From positions 79,904 to 143,903 of the forward strand of contig CALMYB010000001.1 in the NCBI GenBank assembly GCA_937873515.1: a stretch of 64,000 nt of DNA, written 5' to 3'. A model generated the notes under the pieces. The model was not told where the DNA came from. It ran no database searches and worked only from the letters and a program-made list of their open reading frames with translations. A program made the translations under genes and the position numbers. Shown here piece by piece: positions 1 to 10,373 of this stretch (position 1 is its first letter; each line of letters begins with the position of its first letter). This DNA comes from an uncultured Acidobacteriota bacterium. GTDB taxonomy: Bacteria; Acidobacteriota; Blastocatellia; Pyrinomonadales; Pyrinomonadaceae.

Positions 1-76
1 GGGCGAGACTCGAACTCGCACGTCTTTCGACGCTAGATCCTAAGTCTAGTGCGTCTGCCAATTTCGCCACCTCGGC
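1..76 (-). tRNA. tRNA-Leu (anticodon UAG), 3' end truncated by the window edge
   Basis: The reverse complement reads GCCGAGG-TG-GCGAAATTGGCAGACGC..CTAGA-CTTAGGA-TCTAG, then a long variable arm, then GCGAG-TTCGAGT-CTCGC-CC. This is a class II cloverleaf very close to the E. coli tRNA-Leu scaffold. The anticodon loop CTTAGGA gives anticodon TAG. The last acceptor nucleotides and CCA lie outside the window. Confidence 0.85.
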
Positions 77-154
77 ACGCTTCGCGGGAAACGAAGGCGA
101 AAAGGAAGAATACCACTCGAGCCAAGCCGCTGACAATGCGCTCTCGGCCGTTTG

Positions 155-415
155 CTATTTGTTGATGTACTTTCGGTCGTATTCGTCCCAGGACATCTGG
201 ATATCGTCAGTTCCGAGACGCGACTGCGGTTCATATCCGAGAGCCTTCGCCTCGATCCTTTTGAAAAGCTTGACGCCGCCGTAGATAAGGCCGCCGATGA
301 CCGCGATCCAGAAAAGATACCAGATCAGCGTCGATAGAAGGCCAAGCACCCAAAGGGCCGCAATACCTGCGAAGAAAATACCGATTATCGCTAGAATTAC
401 CTTGATGATGTTCAT
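155..415 (-). CDS. hypothetical small membrane protein
   Basis: 86-aa ORF with two strongly hydrophobic helices (IIKVILAIIGIFFAGIAALWVLGLL, WYLFWIAVIGGLIYGGV) and a charged tail. No family recognised. Confidence 0.45.
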   Translation of the reverse strand: MNIIKVILAIIGIFFAGIAALWVLGLLSTLIWYLFWIAVIGGLIYGGVKLFKRIEAKALGYEPQSRLGTDDIQMSWDEYDRKYINK

Positions 416-530
416 ACGCCGTGTGCCTCCCTTTGCTTGAAATAGATACGATGCAATTATGAGGGATGTTCGTATTATTTTGCCTCTCTATCGTATAATC
501 GCACGTATTTTAGGATACACCGACAAGCAA

Positions 531-2027
531 GTGACACAACCGACAACTACCATCAACGACCTCGCAAACGCACTCTCTGCAAAAACAACGGGCGATCCCA
601 CGCGAACGGCGACCGACGTAACTCACGATTCGCGACAAGTACGCGAAGGCACGCTTTTTGTGGCGATCAAAGGCTCGACGGTCGATGGACATCGTTTCAT
701 CGATGATGTTTCGCGACGAGGCACGGCCGGGATAATCTCAGAGCAAACGTGTCCTGAAGACTATTCAGGTACTTGGATACAGGTCGCAAACGCAAGAAAA
801 GCACTTGCGGTCGCTGCATCGGTCGTAAATGGCGAGCCGTCGCGGGATCTTTCGCTTGTCGGCATCACAGGCACTAACGGAAAGACGACCACCACTTACC
901 TCTGCTTTGCTCTTGCAGAGACGGCAGGCCAATTCCCGGCTATGCTCACGACGGTCGAATACCGCATTGGTGAGATGAGGCAGGAGGCCGTGCGGACAAC
1001 GCCGGAGGCCTCCGACACGAACAGATTCTTACGCCAGGCCGTTGAGGCCGGCTCGAAGATGGCGGTTATGGAAGCCTCGTCACAGGCGATAGATCTGCAC
1101 CGCTGCGATGGGCTTCATTTTCAGGTTGCGGTCTTTACGAACTTGACGCAGGATCACCTTGATTATCACGGCACGATGGAGGGCTATTTCGAAGCAAAGA
1201 AGAAGCTTTTCGATGGTTCCCTCGGTGATATCCCAAAAGCGTCGGTCATCAATATTGACGATGAATGGGGACGGAAACTTTCGGACGGCCTTCTTGCGTC
1301 CGGGCAGCGTGTAATAACGACGGGGCAGGATTCGAATGCCGACATTACGGGAACGAACGTCGAAGTATCGCTGATCCGCGGCACTTCGTTCGAGCTGACA
1401 TCGCCGCTCGGTTCGGTCAGGATTACGTCGCCGCTCGTCGGTAAACCGCATGTTTACAATATGCTGTCGGCCGCCGGCGTCGCCATCGAACTCGGATATG
1501 ATCTTGGCGTCATCAAGGCCGCATTTGAAAAATGCGTCGGTGCTCCCGGACGATTTGAGCGGGTCCCGCACGAGGGAGACTTCGCAGTGATCGTCGATTA
1601 CGCCCATACGGACGACGCTCTGAGAAACACCCTTCGGACCGCGAAAGAACTTACGACGGGTAGAATAATCACCGTTTTCGGCTGCGGCGGTGACAGGGAC
1701 CGCTCGAAACGGCGTCCGATGGGCGAAGCCGCCGGCGAATTGAGCGATATCGTCGTCATCACTTCAGACAATCCGCGGAATGAAGACCCGCTGAAGATAA
1801 TCGCTTCGATCGAAGAAGGTGTGCGGTCCCGAACAGAGACTTACGAGGTCATAAGCGATCGGCGTGATGCTATCGGGAGAGCCATAGCGTTGGCAGAAAG
1901 CGGTGATGTTGTGATAATTGCTGGGAAGGGCCACGAGAACTATCAGATAGTCGGAGGCGACAAGTTCCATTTCGACGATCGAGAGGTCGCCGCAGATGCC
2001 CTTGCCCGCCGCAATGAAGTTCTCTAG
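531..2027 (+). CDS. murE: UDP-N-acetylmuramoyl-L-alanyl-D-glutamate--2,6-diaminopimelate ligase
   Basis: Mur ligase P-loop GITGTNGKTTT, N-terminal DVTHDSRQV..LFVA..G...DGH, and MurE-type DNPRNEDP near the C-terminus. The ORF opens at 459, but TATAAT at 494..499 and typical MurE length favour GTG 531. The start is uncertain (459 or 531). Confidence 0.9.
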   Translation: MTQPTTTINDLANALSAKTTGDPTRTATDVTHDSRQVREGTLFVAIKGSTVDGHRFIDDVSRRGTAGIISEQTCPEDYSGTWIQVANARKALAVAASVVNGEPSRDLSLVGITGTNGKTTTTYLCFALAETAGQFPAMLTTVEYRIGEMRQEAVRTTPEASDTNRFLRQAVEAGSKMAVMEASSQAIDLHRCDGLHFQVAVFTNLTQDHLDYHGTMEGYFEAKKKLFDGSLGDIPKASVINIDDEWGRKLSDGLLASGQRVITTGQDSNADITGTNVEVSLIRGTSFELTSPLGSVRITSPLVGKPHVYNMLSAAGVAIELGYDLGVIKAAFEKCVGAPGRFERVPHEGDFAVIVDYAHTDDALRNTLRTAKELTTGRIITVFGCGGDRDRSKRRPMGEAAGELSDIVVITSDNPRNEDPLKIIASIEEGVRSRTETYEVISDRRDAIGRAIALAESGDVVIIAGKGHENYQIVGGDKFHFDDREVAADALARRNEVL

Positions 2028-2359
2028 CCTTGTCTGGACTCGCGGACGATGTTTACCAGAACTTCGCGTTGTTCGAACGACAAGGAATCAAATCGAACGC
2101 CGAAGCCGATCTCCACGACGTGGTTGACGATGACGCCGGTAAAAAGGACCTTCATTCCATCGGCAAGCGGCAGATATATCTTGACCGGTGTTCCATCTTC
2201 TACGTTGCCGGAGCTTAAGACAAAACAGCCTTCGAAACTGACGTCGCTGATCGCTCCGGTCTCACGATCACCGGAAGTCTCGAATTCCGCCGGAATATCG
2301 ATCGGATAACGGGTTGTGCCTCTGCGGTCTTCGCCGCTTCGTCTTTCTTGTGTGGACAT
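2024..2359 (-). CDS. PilZ domain-containing protein
   Basis: 111 aa with the c-di-GMP-binding PilZ pattern RRGTTR ... DVSFEGCFV (RxxxR ... D/NxSxxG). Lies directly downstream of the permease gene on the same strand. Confidence 0.7.
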   Translation of the reverse strand: MSTQERRSGEDRRGTTRYPIDIPAEFETSGDRETGAISDVSFEGCFVLSSGNVEDGTPVKIYLPLADGMKVLFTGVIVNHVVEIGFGVRFDSLSFEQREVLVNIVRESRQG

Positions 2360-2363
2360 CTTG

Positions 2364-3839
2364 CTATTCTTGCTCCTCGGCCGCCCCGGCGGCTGGCCGC
2401 ATTTTAGTCAAATAATAATACACTGGAAGGCCTAAAATTATCAGCCCGATCCCGATAAAAGATCGTGTCGGCGAATTCCACATCGTGTTCACAAGCAGCC
2501 ATCCTGCGACGAGCAGGAAGATCACGGGAACGACCGGATAGCCCCAAGCTTTGTATGGACGCGGCAAATCCGCAAATTTCTTACGATAAACGAAGATCGA
2601 AGATGTTACCGCAGCATAGAATATCCAGGACGCGAAGATAACGTAGTCGGTCAGAGTGTCGAACGAGCCCGTCAGCACCAAAGCAAAACCCAGCAGCATT
2701 TGAAGGATGAGAGCCCTGATCGGGACTCCCGTAATGCTCAGGCTGCCAAGAGACCGGAACATCAGCCCGTCGTTTGCCATTGCATACGGCACGCGAGATC
2801 CCGATAGGATCGAGGTATGCAGCGTTCCGAGCGACGACAACATAAGTCCCGTAGCAAACACGGCAACCGCCGCACCGGTTGCGAACTGCGTGATATTCCC
2901 GCCGAAGAACATACTCACAAGAACCTTTCCGACGGAGGAAGATTTTGAGATCGAAGCGATCGTAGTAGGGTCCAGGACGTAGAAATAAGCAAAGTTCGTA
3001 ATTGTGTACAGCAGAATGATAAGGATAGTGCTGCCGATGATCGCAAGCGGAATGTTGCGGTTCGGGTTCTCGACCTCACCGGCGACGAACGTTAGATTGT
3101 TCCAGCCGTCGTAGCCCCAAAGTGCTCCAAGCATTGCCGCTGCAAAGCCGCCGAAGAACGAGTAGGTCGGTGAGCCGTATCTGACCGCCGCGTCAATGTC
3201 TTCGCAAACGCCGCCTGCTTCGACCATCGAAAAATGTGAAAAGTCGCCGGTCGCCCATAGGAATGCGCCTCCGGCAACAAAGAAGATCAGCGCGATCTTT
3301 ACGCCCGTCAAGATCGTCGCGATCCGGCCGCTGATCACCACGGTCGCGCAATTCAGCGTCGTAAAGATCAGTATGACCATCAAGGCAACTACTTGAAACA
3401 GCGTTACGCTAAACTGATAGCCAAAAATATCAAGAGTAAAAAGTTCAGGTTTAAGCCCGCCGCCGAGAAAATCGTTCAGGCCGATCGCGAATGCAACGGC
3501 AGCTGCCGCTTGCGAGCCTGGCTTTGCGACGAACATCTGCATCCATCCGAATAAAAAGCTCGAAAGCCGGCCATACGCGTCACGGAGAAATACGTATTCG
3601 CCGCCGGCCGCAGGCTTCATCGCGGTCAACTCGGCATAGGTCAAGGCACCGGCAAGCGACAAGAGGCCCGCCGCTATCCATGCGGCGAGAACCCAGCCGG
3701 GCGATCCGACATTACAGGTCATCGCTCGAGCCTTCAAAAACACGCCGGTACCGATGACGTTGCCGATTATGATCGAGACCGCCGCGACGAGGCCAAGTCC
3801 ACGCACGAGCGTGATACCGCTTTTTGAGCCAGATTCCAT
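2364..3839 (-). CDS. amino acid permease (APC superfamily)
   Basis: 491 aa, about 12 hydrophobic segments, N-terminal IIGNVIGTGVFL motif typical of APC transporters. Confidence 0.85.
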   Translation of the reverse strand: MESGSKSGITLVRGLGLVAAVSIIIGNVIGTGVFLKARAMTCNVGSPGWVLAAWIAAGLLSLAGALTYAELTAMKPAAGGEYVFLRDAYGRLSSFLFGWMQMFVAKPGSQAAAAVAFAIGLNDFLGGGLKPELFTLDIFGYQFSVTLFQVVALMVILIFTTLNCATVVISGRIATILTGVKIALIFFVAGGAFLWATGDFSHFSMVEAGGVCEDIDAAVRYGSPTYSFFGGFAAAMLGALWGYDGWNNLTFVAGEVENPNRNIPLAIIGSTILIILLYTITNFAYFYVLDPTTIASISKSSSVGKVLVSMFFGGNITQFATGAAVAVFATGLMLSSLGTLHTSILSGSRVPYAMANDGLMFRSLGSLSITGVPIRALILQMLLGFALVLTGSFDTLTDYVIFASWIFYAAVTSSIFVYRKKFADLPRPYKAWGYPVVPVIFLLVAGWLLVNTMWNSPTRSFIGIGLIILGLPVYYYLTKMRPAAGAAEEQE

Positions 3840-3964
3840 ATTCTTTCGATATTCCTTGGGAGAAACCTTTCGGATATATTACGCGAATCGCAGCGGATTA
3901 AAAACGAACGCTCAACAATTTCCTGCGTTGGAAACGGCGAACGACCGTTGCTAGAATTCAATGC

Positions 3965-5275
3965 GTGCCCGAGCTCGATATTTCATCAGTTGAACTCATC
4001 GCAAAGCTGCTAGGCCTATCGCAGCGAGGCCAGGTCGCGATACTCGACAGTTGCGGCGTCGGTCATCTGGGTTCAAAGCTCTTGGTCGCCGGCGTTGACC
4101 CGATCGAGACAACCGAGCTCTTCGGCTTAGATGTGAATGCGAACCTCAACTCCCTGACGCTTGCGGTCGAAGGCGAACTTCCCTGCATCTTCACCCTTTC
4201 GTACGAATTCGGACTGCTCCTGAACGGTATCCGGCCGCGGTATACATCCGCGCCGGAACCGCACCTATTCGTGTCTCGATTCAAGAATCTGATCGTCCAC
4301 AATTACGCGACCGGAACATCTCACGTACTTGGACCTGATCCTCAGCTGACAATTGACCGACTTGTAAATTCGGATAATTTCTCGCCGCTAGGACACCACC
4401 GCGCCAAACTCCTTTCTTCATCATTCTCTAAGCGCGAATATTTGGCCGCCGTTAGCGAAATTCAGGATGAGATACTGGCCGGCAGCACGTACCAAGCGAA
4501 CATCGTGCAAAAGTTTACGGTCGAACTCGAAGAGCTTGACCCGCAGGCCGTTTTCGTCAGGTTAAGGCGGGACCATCCGGCGGCCTTCGCTGCTTTTATA
4601 CAAAGAGCGAATTCCACGGTCGTTTCGGCTTCACCGGAGAGATTCTTCCGGATCGCCGACCGCTTGATCGAGGCGTCACCGATCAAAGGAACGGCACCGC
4701 GCGTCGGCGATGAGGCGCTCGACCTCAAAACCCGCGAGACGCTCCTGCACAGCCGCAAGGACAACGCGGAGAACACGATGATCGTCGATCTCTTGCGGAA
4801 CGACCTTGGACGAGTGTGCGATTTCGGCTCCGTCGTCGTAACCAAACTTTGCGATCTGGAAGAACATCCGACGCTCTTCCATCTTGTATCGACGATCAAA
4901 GGGCAGCTGAAGCCAAATGCCGGGTTTGCCGACGTGATCAGATCGTTATTCCCTTGTGGTTCTATTACGGGAGCTCCGAAAATAAGCACGATGAAGATCA
5001 TCGACCGTGTTGAAAAGGCAGCTCGCGGCCTTTCGATGGGAGCCATAGGATACTCAGTTCCCAAGGGATTCGAAACCGAAGACTCCGGTCTCACGAGCGG
5101 GATCGATGCCAATGTCGCGATTCGAACGATGGTGATCCGGGACGGTGTCGCTTCCTTTTCGACCGGTGGCGGCATCGTTAGCGACTCGCAGCCCGACCTT
5201 GAGTATTCAGAGATGCTTCTAAAGGCGAAAGCCCTTTTTGCCGCCCTAGGAGTCGATCCGAGTGAATTTTTCTGA
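3965..5275 (+). CDS. chorismate-binding enzyme, aminodeoxychorismate synthase component I-like (PabB/TrpE family)
   Basis: 436 aa with SPERFF, GxPKxxTMxIIxxxE (GAPKISTMKIIDRVE) and C-terminal GGGIVSDS motifs of chorismate-utilising enzymes. GTG start. Confidence 0.8.
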   Translation: MPELDISSVELIAKLLGLSQRGQVAILDSCGVGHLGSKLLVAGVDPIETTELFGLDVNANLNSLTLAVEGELPCIFTLSYEFGLLLNGIRPRYTSAPEPHLFVSRFKNLIVHNYATGTSHVLGPDPQLTIDRLVNSDNFSPLGHHRAKLLSSSFSKREYLAAVSEIQDEILAGSTYQANIVQKFTVELEELDPQAVFVRLRRDHPAAFAAFIQRANSTVVSASPERFFRIADRLIEASPIKGTAPRVGDEALDLKTRETLLHSRKDNAENTMIVDLLRNDLGRVCDFGSVVVTKLCDLEEHPTLFHLVSTIKGQLKPNAGFADVIRSLFPCGSITGAPKISTMKIIDRVEKAARGLSMGAIGYSVPKGFETEDSGLTSGIDANVAIRTMVIRDGVASFSTGGGIVSDSQPDLEYSEMLLKAKALFAALGVDPSEFF

Positions 5276-5341
5276 CCTACTTTAGCCCGCCGCGTGCTAC
5301 TATTGAGTCGGAGTTCGTCCCAAAGCCGTAAAGACGGATCC

Positions 5342-6202
5342 ATGCTCTCCCAAAGTCAAAAGATGGCGAATTATTACGAGGTTCTGCGGGTCGCGCAGGA
5401 TGCGACCGGCGCCGAAATAAAATCGGCCTATCGCCGCTTGGCGCGCAAACTCCACCCGGATAAGAACAACGGCGCAGAAGATACGGCCCGCCGTTTTGCC
5501 GAGATCGCCGAAGCCTACGAAATTCTCGGCAACCCGAAACAACGTGCTGAATACGACAGGCGCATCCTCGACGCCCAATTTCGCGGCAACGGACATTCCG
5601 TTTTCACCTCGACGAATAAGCACGCGAATCGTTGGCGTCAGATGGTTTACGAGCGTCGGTATAACGACATTCTGAATCGTATGATCGCAGAGGAACGCCG
5701 CGAGGCAATGGCGTTTCAAAAGGTAGTCTATCCGCTCTCCGCTTTCCTTGTTTCAGCTGTCATCTCCACCGCCGCGAGGCCAAATATATTCGTCAGCGCC
5801 GAAATATTGGGGAAGATCGCGATCATAACGCTCTTTACCGTCGGCGTGATCCATTTGATCGGCCGCCTCCGGGACGGTTTTGTGCGCTATACGTCGTATG
5901 ATGACAACATTCACGACTCGATCCTAGATGACCGGGATCGGAAAACGCCGATGCGTTCAAGGTATGCGGTCGCCGCTATGCTGCTGGCCTCGATCGTAGG
6001 AGCGTTCCTTATCGGTTGGGTATTGGGCATTTTCATTACTTTCCCTGCCGAACTGGTACCGGAAGCGTTCGGCCGTGCACTTAATCCGGAATTCATCCTC
6101 TACCCGCCGATAATCACGCTCTTTGTTGACATGATGCACTCGCTTGTCACCCGGTTCGAACGCCGCCCGGCGGACGTTGACAACTCCGGCATCTTTAGCT
6201 AG
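5342..6202 (+). CDS. J-domain (DnaJ-like) membrane protein
   Basis: Canonical J domain YYEVLRV...[14 protein letters not shown]...[15 protein letters not shown], followed by several hydrophobic helices. Alternative starts at 5294 and 5363. Confidence 0.8.
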   Translation: MLSQSQKMANYYEVLRVAQDATGAEIKSAYRRLARKLHPDKNNGAEDTARRFAEIAEAYEILGNPKQRAEYDRRILDAQFRGNGHSVFTSTNKHANRWRQMVYERRYNDILNRMIAEERREAMAFQKVVYPLSAFLVSAVISTAARPNIFVSAEILGKIAIITLFTVGVIHLIGRLRDGFVRYTSYDDNIHDSILDDRDRKTPMRSRYAVAAMLLASIVGAFLIGWVLGIFITFPAELVPEAFGRALNPEFILYPPIITLFVDMMHSLVTRFERRPADVDNSGIFS

Positions 6203-6243
6203 AATTTGGAGTTTGTCTATAAAGACGATACTGAATTTAAGAA

Positions 6244-6507
6244 ATGGCGAATCATAAATCTGCAGAAAAGCGCGTCCGTCAGACCACGAAACGAAACGCG
6301 ATCAACCGAAGCAATCGCAGCGAGCTCCGCACTTCGATCAAGAAACTTCGTGCGGCCGTCGCTGCAAGCGATAAAAGCGGTGCGACCGAGCTCTTGACCC
6401 CGACCGTCTCTCTCATCGACAAAGCGGTCAATAAGGGCATCATCCACAAGAACACGGCGGCACGGTACAAATCGCGTCTTACCAAGCACACGAACGGCCT
6501 CGCCTAG
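6244..6507 (+). CDS. rpsT: 30S ribosomal protein S20
   Basis: 87 aa, begins MANHKSAEKRVRQTTKRN..., the characteristic S20 N-terminus. Confidence 0.95.
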   Translation: MANHKSAEKRVRQTTKRNAINRSNRSELRTSIKKLRAAVAASDKSGATELLTPTVSLIDKAVNKGIIHKNTAARYKSRLTKHTNGLA

Positions 6508-6646
6508 TTCGCATTACGCCGGAAGCGTCTAAAGCTTTGGGCAAGTTGGTTTCTACGGATGGACGACAGTTTCCTTTTGGAAGTTGTCGCCCATTTTCTT
6601 TTTGCTACAATCAAATCTTCGCCCGAAAACGCGGCCTCTTCTTGTG

Positions 6647-8905
6647 ATGAAGATCACTCTCGGTACACCCATCATCGAACTTCATCGCCACCGGATCTCG
6701 AATCTATCCGCGGGGATGGCCCGCAAACTTGCGACCGCGATCGCGGCCAGCATGGGCAACGCCAATGTTGATAATGCCACTGTCGAAGACCTTCTGAACT
6801 ATTTGCCTTTGCGCTATGAGGATCGGTCGAACTTCCTTTCGCTCGACAAGATCCAGGCCGGCGATGAGGCCGCGGCCGAACTCTTTGTTAGGAATACGGC
6901 GGGAATTCAGGTCGGCAAGTTCCGCGACCGGAAGAAGCCGCCTCTCTACGTATTCGAGATCACGGCCGGCGACCGCGAACGCATTCACAAGCCCGTCATC
7001 GTCAAATGGTTCGTCTCGGGCAAGGGTGCGAACGATATCGTCAATTGGTACGCGAAGAAGTTCGCCCGAGGCACGCGCTTTGTCGCCTACGGACTTTGGG
7101 AGGTCGATCGACGCGGACAACTTGGCCTAAAGATCGGAAAGCCCGAAGAGCTCGAGATCCTTCCGGCGATAGACGACGGACTTTTTTTGCCATCGAGCAT
7201 CGCCGAAGACCTACCCGAAGAGGAGATTCTCGATCCCGCTCTAATCAGCGTGCATACGGGCCGCGTGCCGATCTATCGACGACTTGGCAGCTTCTCGACA
7301 AAAAAGCTGCGTGAGATCTTTCGCTCCGTCCTGGATGAACTCGGAAGCTTCACAGATGATCTTCCAAAGGAATTGCTCGAGCGCCGCGGGTTGCTCGGCC
7401 TTAGACAAGCTTTGGAAGAGGTCCATTTCCCGCCGGAGAGTGCCGTAATGCCGGATTACGAGATGCACCGAAGTCCGGCACACCGCCGCCTTATCTTCGA
7501 TGAATTCTTCTGGCTTGCCTTCGCGATGCGACTGCTCAAGGGCGAACGAGAGCACGAACCAAAGGGCACGGTCATAGAGGTTTCCGACGATGGAAAGAAA
7601 CGGCTTGCCTCGCTAGTGCCGTTTGAACTCACCGCCGCACAGAAGCGGGTTGTCGGCGAGATATTCAGTGACCTCAAAGGTGACAAGCCGATGAATCGGT
7701 TAATTCAGGGCGATGTCGGAAGCGGAAAGACGATCGTGGCGTTCCTTGCGATGATGGCCGCTATGGAGAATGGCTATCAGGCCGCGTTGATGGCACCGAC
7801 CGAGATCCTCGCCGAACAGCATTTTCGAAATGCTCTGGACCTTTTCAAAGATACGGGCTATCGCGTCGAACTTCTGACCGGCGGATTGAAGGCGAGCGAG
7901 CGGAAGCGTGTCCGCGAAGCGATCAAGTCGGGCGAAGCAAATCTAGTGATCGGCACGCATGCGGTCGTTCAGGAAGGCGTCGAGTTTGACCTTCTCGGCC
8001 TCGCAGTGATCGACGAGCAGCACCGTTTCGGCGTTCTTCAGCGAGCGAGATTGAAGGAGCTGGGAACAAATCCGGACGTCCTCGTGATGACCGCGACGCC
8101 GATACCGCGTTCGCTTGCGATGACGGTCTATGGCGACCTTGACGTGTCAGTGATCGACGAACTTCCGCCCGGCCGCACTCCAATAAAAACGGTCGTTTGC
8201 GGCGAAGATCAACGCCAAGGCATCTATCGCGGCATCGAACGGGAGATCGGACTCGGGCGCCAAGCCTACGTTGTCTATCCGCTTGTTAAAGAGTCTGAAA
8301 AATTCGATCTAAAAGCCGCGACTGCGATGCACGAGGACCTTTCGACCCGTATATTTCCGCATTTGAGGATCGGCCTTCTGCACGGAAAAATGAAGCCGGC
8401 AGAAAAGGACGAAGTGATGGGCACTTTTGCTTCGGGCGAACTCGATGTGCTTGTTTCAACGACGGTGATCGAGGTCGGGATCGATGTCGCGAACGCATCT
8501 TTGATGGTGATCGAGCATGCGGAAAGATTCGGCCTGTCGCAGCTTCATCAGCTACGCGGACGAGTCGGCCGCGGCGCCGAACAGAGCTTTTGTGTTTTGC
8601 TCACAGGTGATAAGAAAACGACGGTCGCAAGGCAGCGGTTGGGTATAATGGAGCGAAGTTCGGATGGGTTCGAGATCGCGGAAAAAGACCTCGAGATCCG
8701 CGGACAGGGCGAACTTCTCGGCACACGACAGTCCGGCCTGCAATCGTTCAGGGTTGCGAATATAGTACGCGATCTCGACATCCTTTCGACGGCGCGAGAT
8801 GAGGTCGAGCACTATCTCGGAGCAAATGAAGCCTCTGCCGAAACGAAACTGCTCAAGAGAGCTGCCGATCAGAGAAAGGTGTTCGAACTTGGTAAGGTCG
8901 GCTGA
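6647..8905 (+). CDS. recG: ATP-dependent DNA helicase RecG
   Basis: Walker A GDVGSGKT, DEQHRFG box, motif VI QLHQLRGRVGRG, N-terminal wedge/OB region. The ORF opens at 6584; ATG 6647 (MKITLG...) is the likelier start. Confidence 0.9.
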   Translation: MKITLGTPIIELHRHRISNLSAGMARKLATAIAASMGNANVDNATVEDLLNYLPLRYEDRSNFLSLDKIQAGDEAAAELFVRNTAGIQVGKFRDRKKPPLYVFEITAGDRERIHKPVIVKWFVSGKGANDIVNWYAKKFARGTRFVAYGLWEVDRRGQLGLKIGKPEELEILPAIDDGLFLPSSIAEDLPEEEILDPALISVHTGRVPIYRRLGSFSTKKLREIFRSVLDELGSFTDDLPKELLERRGLLGLRQALEEVHFPPESAVMPDYEMHRSPAHRRLIFDEFFWLAFAMRLLKGEREHEPKGTVIEVSDDGKKRLASLVPFELTAAQKRVVGEIFSDLKGDKPMNRLIQGDVGSGKTIVAFLAMMAAMENGYQAALMAPTEILAEQHFRNALDLFKDTGYRVELLTGGLKASERKRVREAIKSGEANLVIGTHAVVQEGVEFDLLGLAVIDEQHRFGVLQRARLKELGTNPDVLVMTATPIPRSLAMTVYGDLDVSVIDELPPGRTPIKTVVCGEDQRQGIYRGIEREIGLGRQAYVVYPLVKESEKFDLKAATAMHEDLSTRIFPHLRIGLLHGKMKPAEKDEVMGTFASGELDVLVSTTVIEVGIDVANASLMVIEHAERFGLSQLHQLRGRVGRGAEQSFCVLLTGDKKTTVARQRLGIMERSSDGFEIAEKDLEIRGQGELLGTRQSGLQSFRVANIVRDLDILSTARDEVEHYLGANEASAETKLLKRAADQRKVFELGKVG

Positions 8906-8910
8906 AACAA

Positions 8911-9459
8911 ATGCGAATCATTTCAGGACACTACGGCGGCCGACTGCTCAAAAGCCCGCCGGATCACAGGACGCGGCCAACCTCCGGCCGATTGCGCGAA
9001 ACGCTCTTCAATATCCTTGCGCCCAGGATCGAAGGCACCCGCTTCCTTGACCTCTGTTCCGGTTCCGGAGCCATCGGGATCGAGGCCCTTTCTCGGGGTG
9101 CGGAATTTGTAACCTTTGTTGATCGTTCTCGAAAGGCATGTGCGCTGATCGAAGAAAATCTCGACAAACTTGGCATTCCGGAAGACGAAACCGACGTCCA
9201 GAATTTCGAGGCCGAGACCTTTGTTGGTAGATCGCACGAAATCGCGTGGGACATCGTCTTCTACGATCCGCCATACAGCGCCGACTATTCGGTCGTGCTT
9301 CATGAATTCGGTGACAAAAAAGGCCTCCTTGCGGACGACGGGATATTGATCGTCGAGCATCTGGCACGGAAGACCATGCCGGACATTGTCGGATCTTTAA
9401 GGCGCTGGCGGCTCCTAAAACAAGGCGAAACGCACCTAAGTTTCTACGAAAAAGCCTGA
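8911..9459 (+). CDS. rsmD: 16S rRNA (guanine966-N2)-methyltransferase RsmD
   Basis: 182 aa, begins MRIISG..GG, SAM-binding LDLCSGSGAIGIEALSRGA and DPPY motif. Confidence 0.85.
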   Translation: MRIISGHYGGRLLKSPPDHRTRPTSGRLRETLFNILAPRIEGTRFLDLCSGSGAIGIEALSRGAEFVTFVDRSRKACALIEENLDKLGIPEDETDVQNFEAETFVGRSHEIAWDIVFYDPPYSADYSVVLHEFGDKKGLLADDGILIVEHLARKTMPDIVGSLRRWRLLKQGETHLSFYEKA

Positions 9460-9467
9460 CGTGCCTT

Positions 9468-10373
9468 ATGAAGATCTTTGTGTGGCTTCTGCTGGCCCTG
9501 ATTTGGAGTTCGACCTGGATATTCATCAAGGTCGGTCTTGAGGATCTTCCGCCATTCGGCTTCGTTTCACTGCGCTTTCTTCTCGCTGCTGCGGTCCTTG
9601 CTCCGTTCGTTCTATTACGGAAAGGCGGCGGCCTTCCAAAGACTTCATCTGAATGGAAACTGCTTGGCCTGACCGGCGTTCTTCAGTTCACGCTTAACTA
9701 TTCGAGCGTCTTTTGGGCCGAACAGTACATCACGTCGGGTCTCGCCGCGGTGCTTCAGGCAATGATCGTCGTCTTTGGGCTGGTCCTTGCCTGGATGTTC
9801 CTGCCTGCCGAAAAGATAACTGCTCAAAAGATCGTCGCGGTTGTCGCCGGCATAATCGGTGTTGCCGTCATATTCATCGATCAGCTCGGTGTGCACGACC
9901 AAATGGCCTTCGCCGGAAGTGTCGCTATCGTTTTCGGGGCCTACGCTGCAGCACAGTCTTCGATCCTCGTAAAAGCAAAAGCTTCCGATATACGGCCTGA
10001 GGCGATCGTATTTTGGCAAATGGTATGCGGTCTGCCGCCTATCATCATCTATAGCCTCAGCACTGAAGGAAGTCCATTGAACTACCGCTGGTCACTAGCG
10101 GCGCTCGGATGCGTCCTATATTTAGGGTGTATCGGAACCGTCCTGGCGTTCTACAGCTACTATTGGCTCTTGAATAGGATAGAATCTACCAATGCGATGA
10201 TGATCTCGCTCGTCACGCCGCTGCTTGCCGTAGTGATCGGCTGGCTCGTCCTGGGCGAGACCTTGCCGGCTCAGACGGGCTTCGGCGGCATACTGATCAT
10301 TGCGAGCGTCGCACTCCTCGTATTCAGAAGGAAGGGCCTGCCGGCAAAGAATAGGTCGGAATATATAGACTAA
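9468..10373 (+). CDS. EamA/DMT family transporter
   Basis: 301 aa, about 10 TM helices in two EamA-like halves. Its stop overlaps the aroC start (TAATG). Confidence 0.8.
   Translation: MKIFVWLLLALIWSSTWIFIKVGLEDLPPFGFVSLRFLLAAAVLAPFVLLRKGGGLPKTSSEWKLLGLTGVLQFTLNYSSVFWAEQYITSGLAAVLQAMIVVFGLVLAWMFLPAEKITAQKIVAVVAGIIGVAVIFIDQLGVHDQMAFAGSVAIVFGAYAAAQSSILVKAKASDIRPEAIVFWQMVCGLPPIIIYSLSTEGSPLNYRWSLAALGCVLYLGCIGTVLAFYSYYWLLNRIESTNAMMISLVTPLLAVVIGWLVLGETLPAQTGFGGILIIASVALLVFRRKGLPAKNRSEYID

Noticed and set aside
2024-2027. murE and the PilZ gene share overlapping stop codons within the palindrome CTAG
   Set aside because: The overlap is real but is a trivial consequence of tight convergent packing. 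No regulatory implication can be supported.
4462-5343. 293-aa minus-strand ORF
   Set aside because: Antisense to the chorismate-binding enzyme gene. The composition is low-complexity and Ser/Arg-rich.
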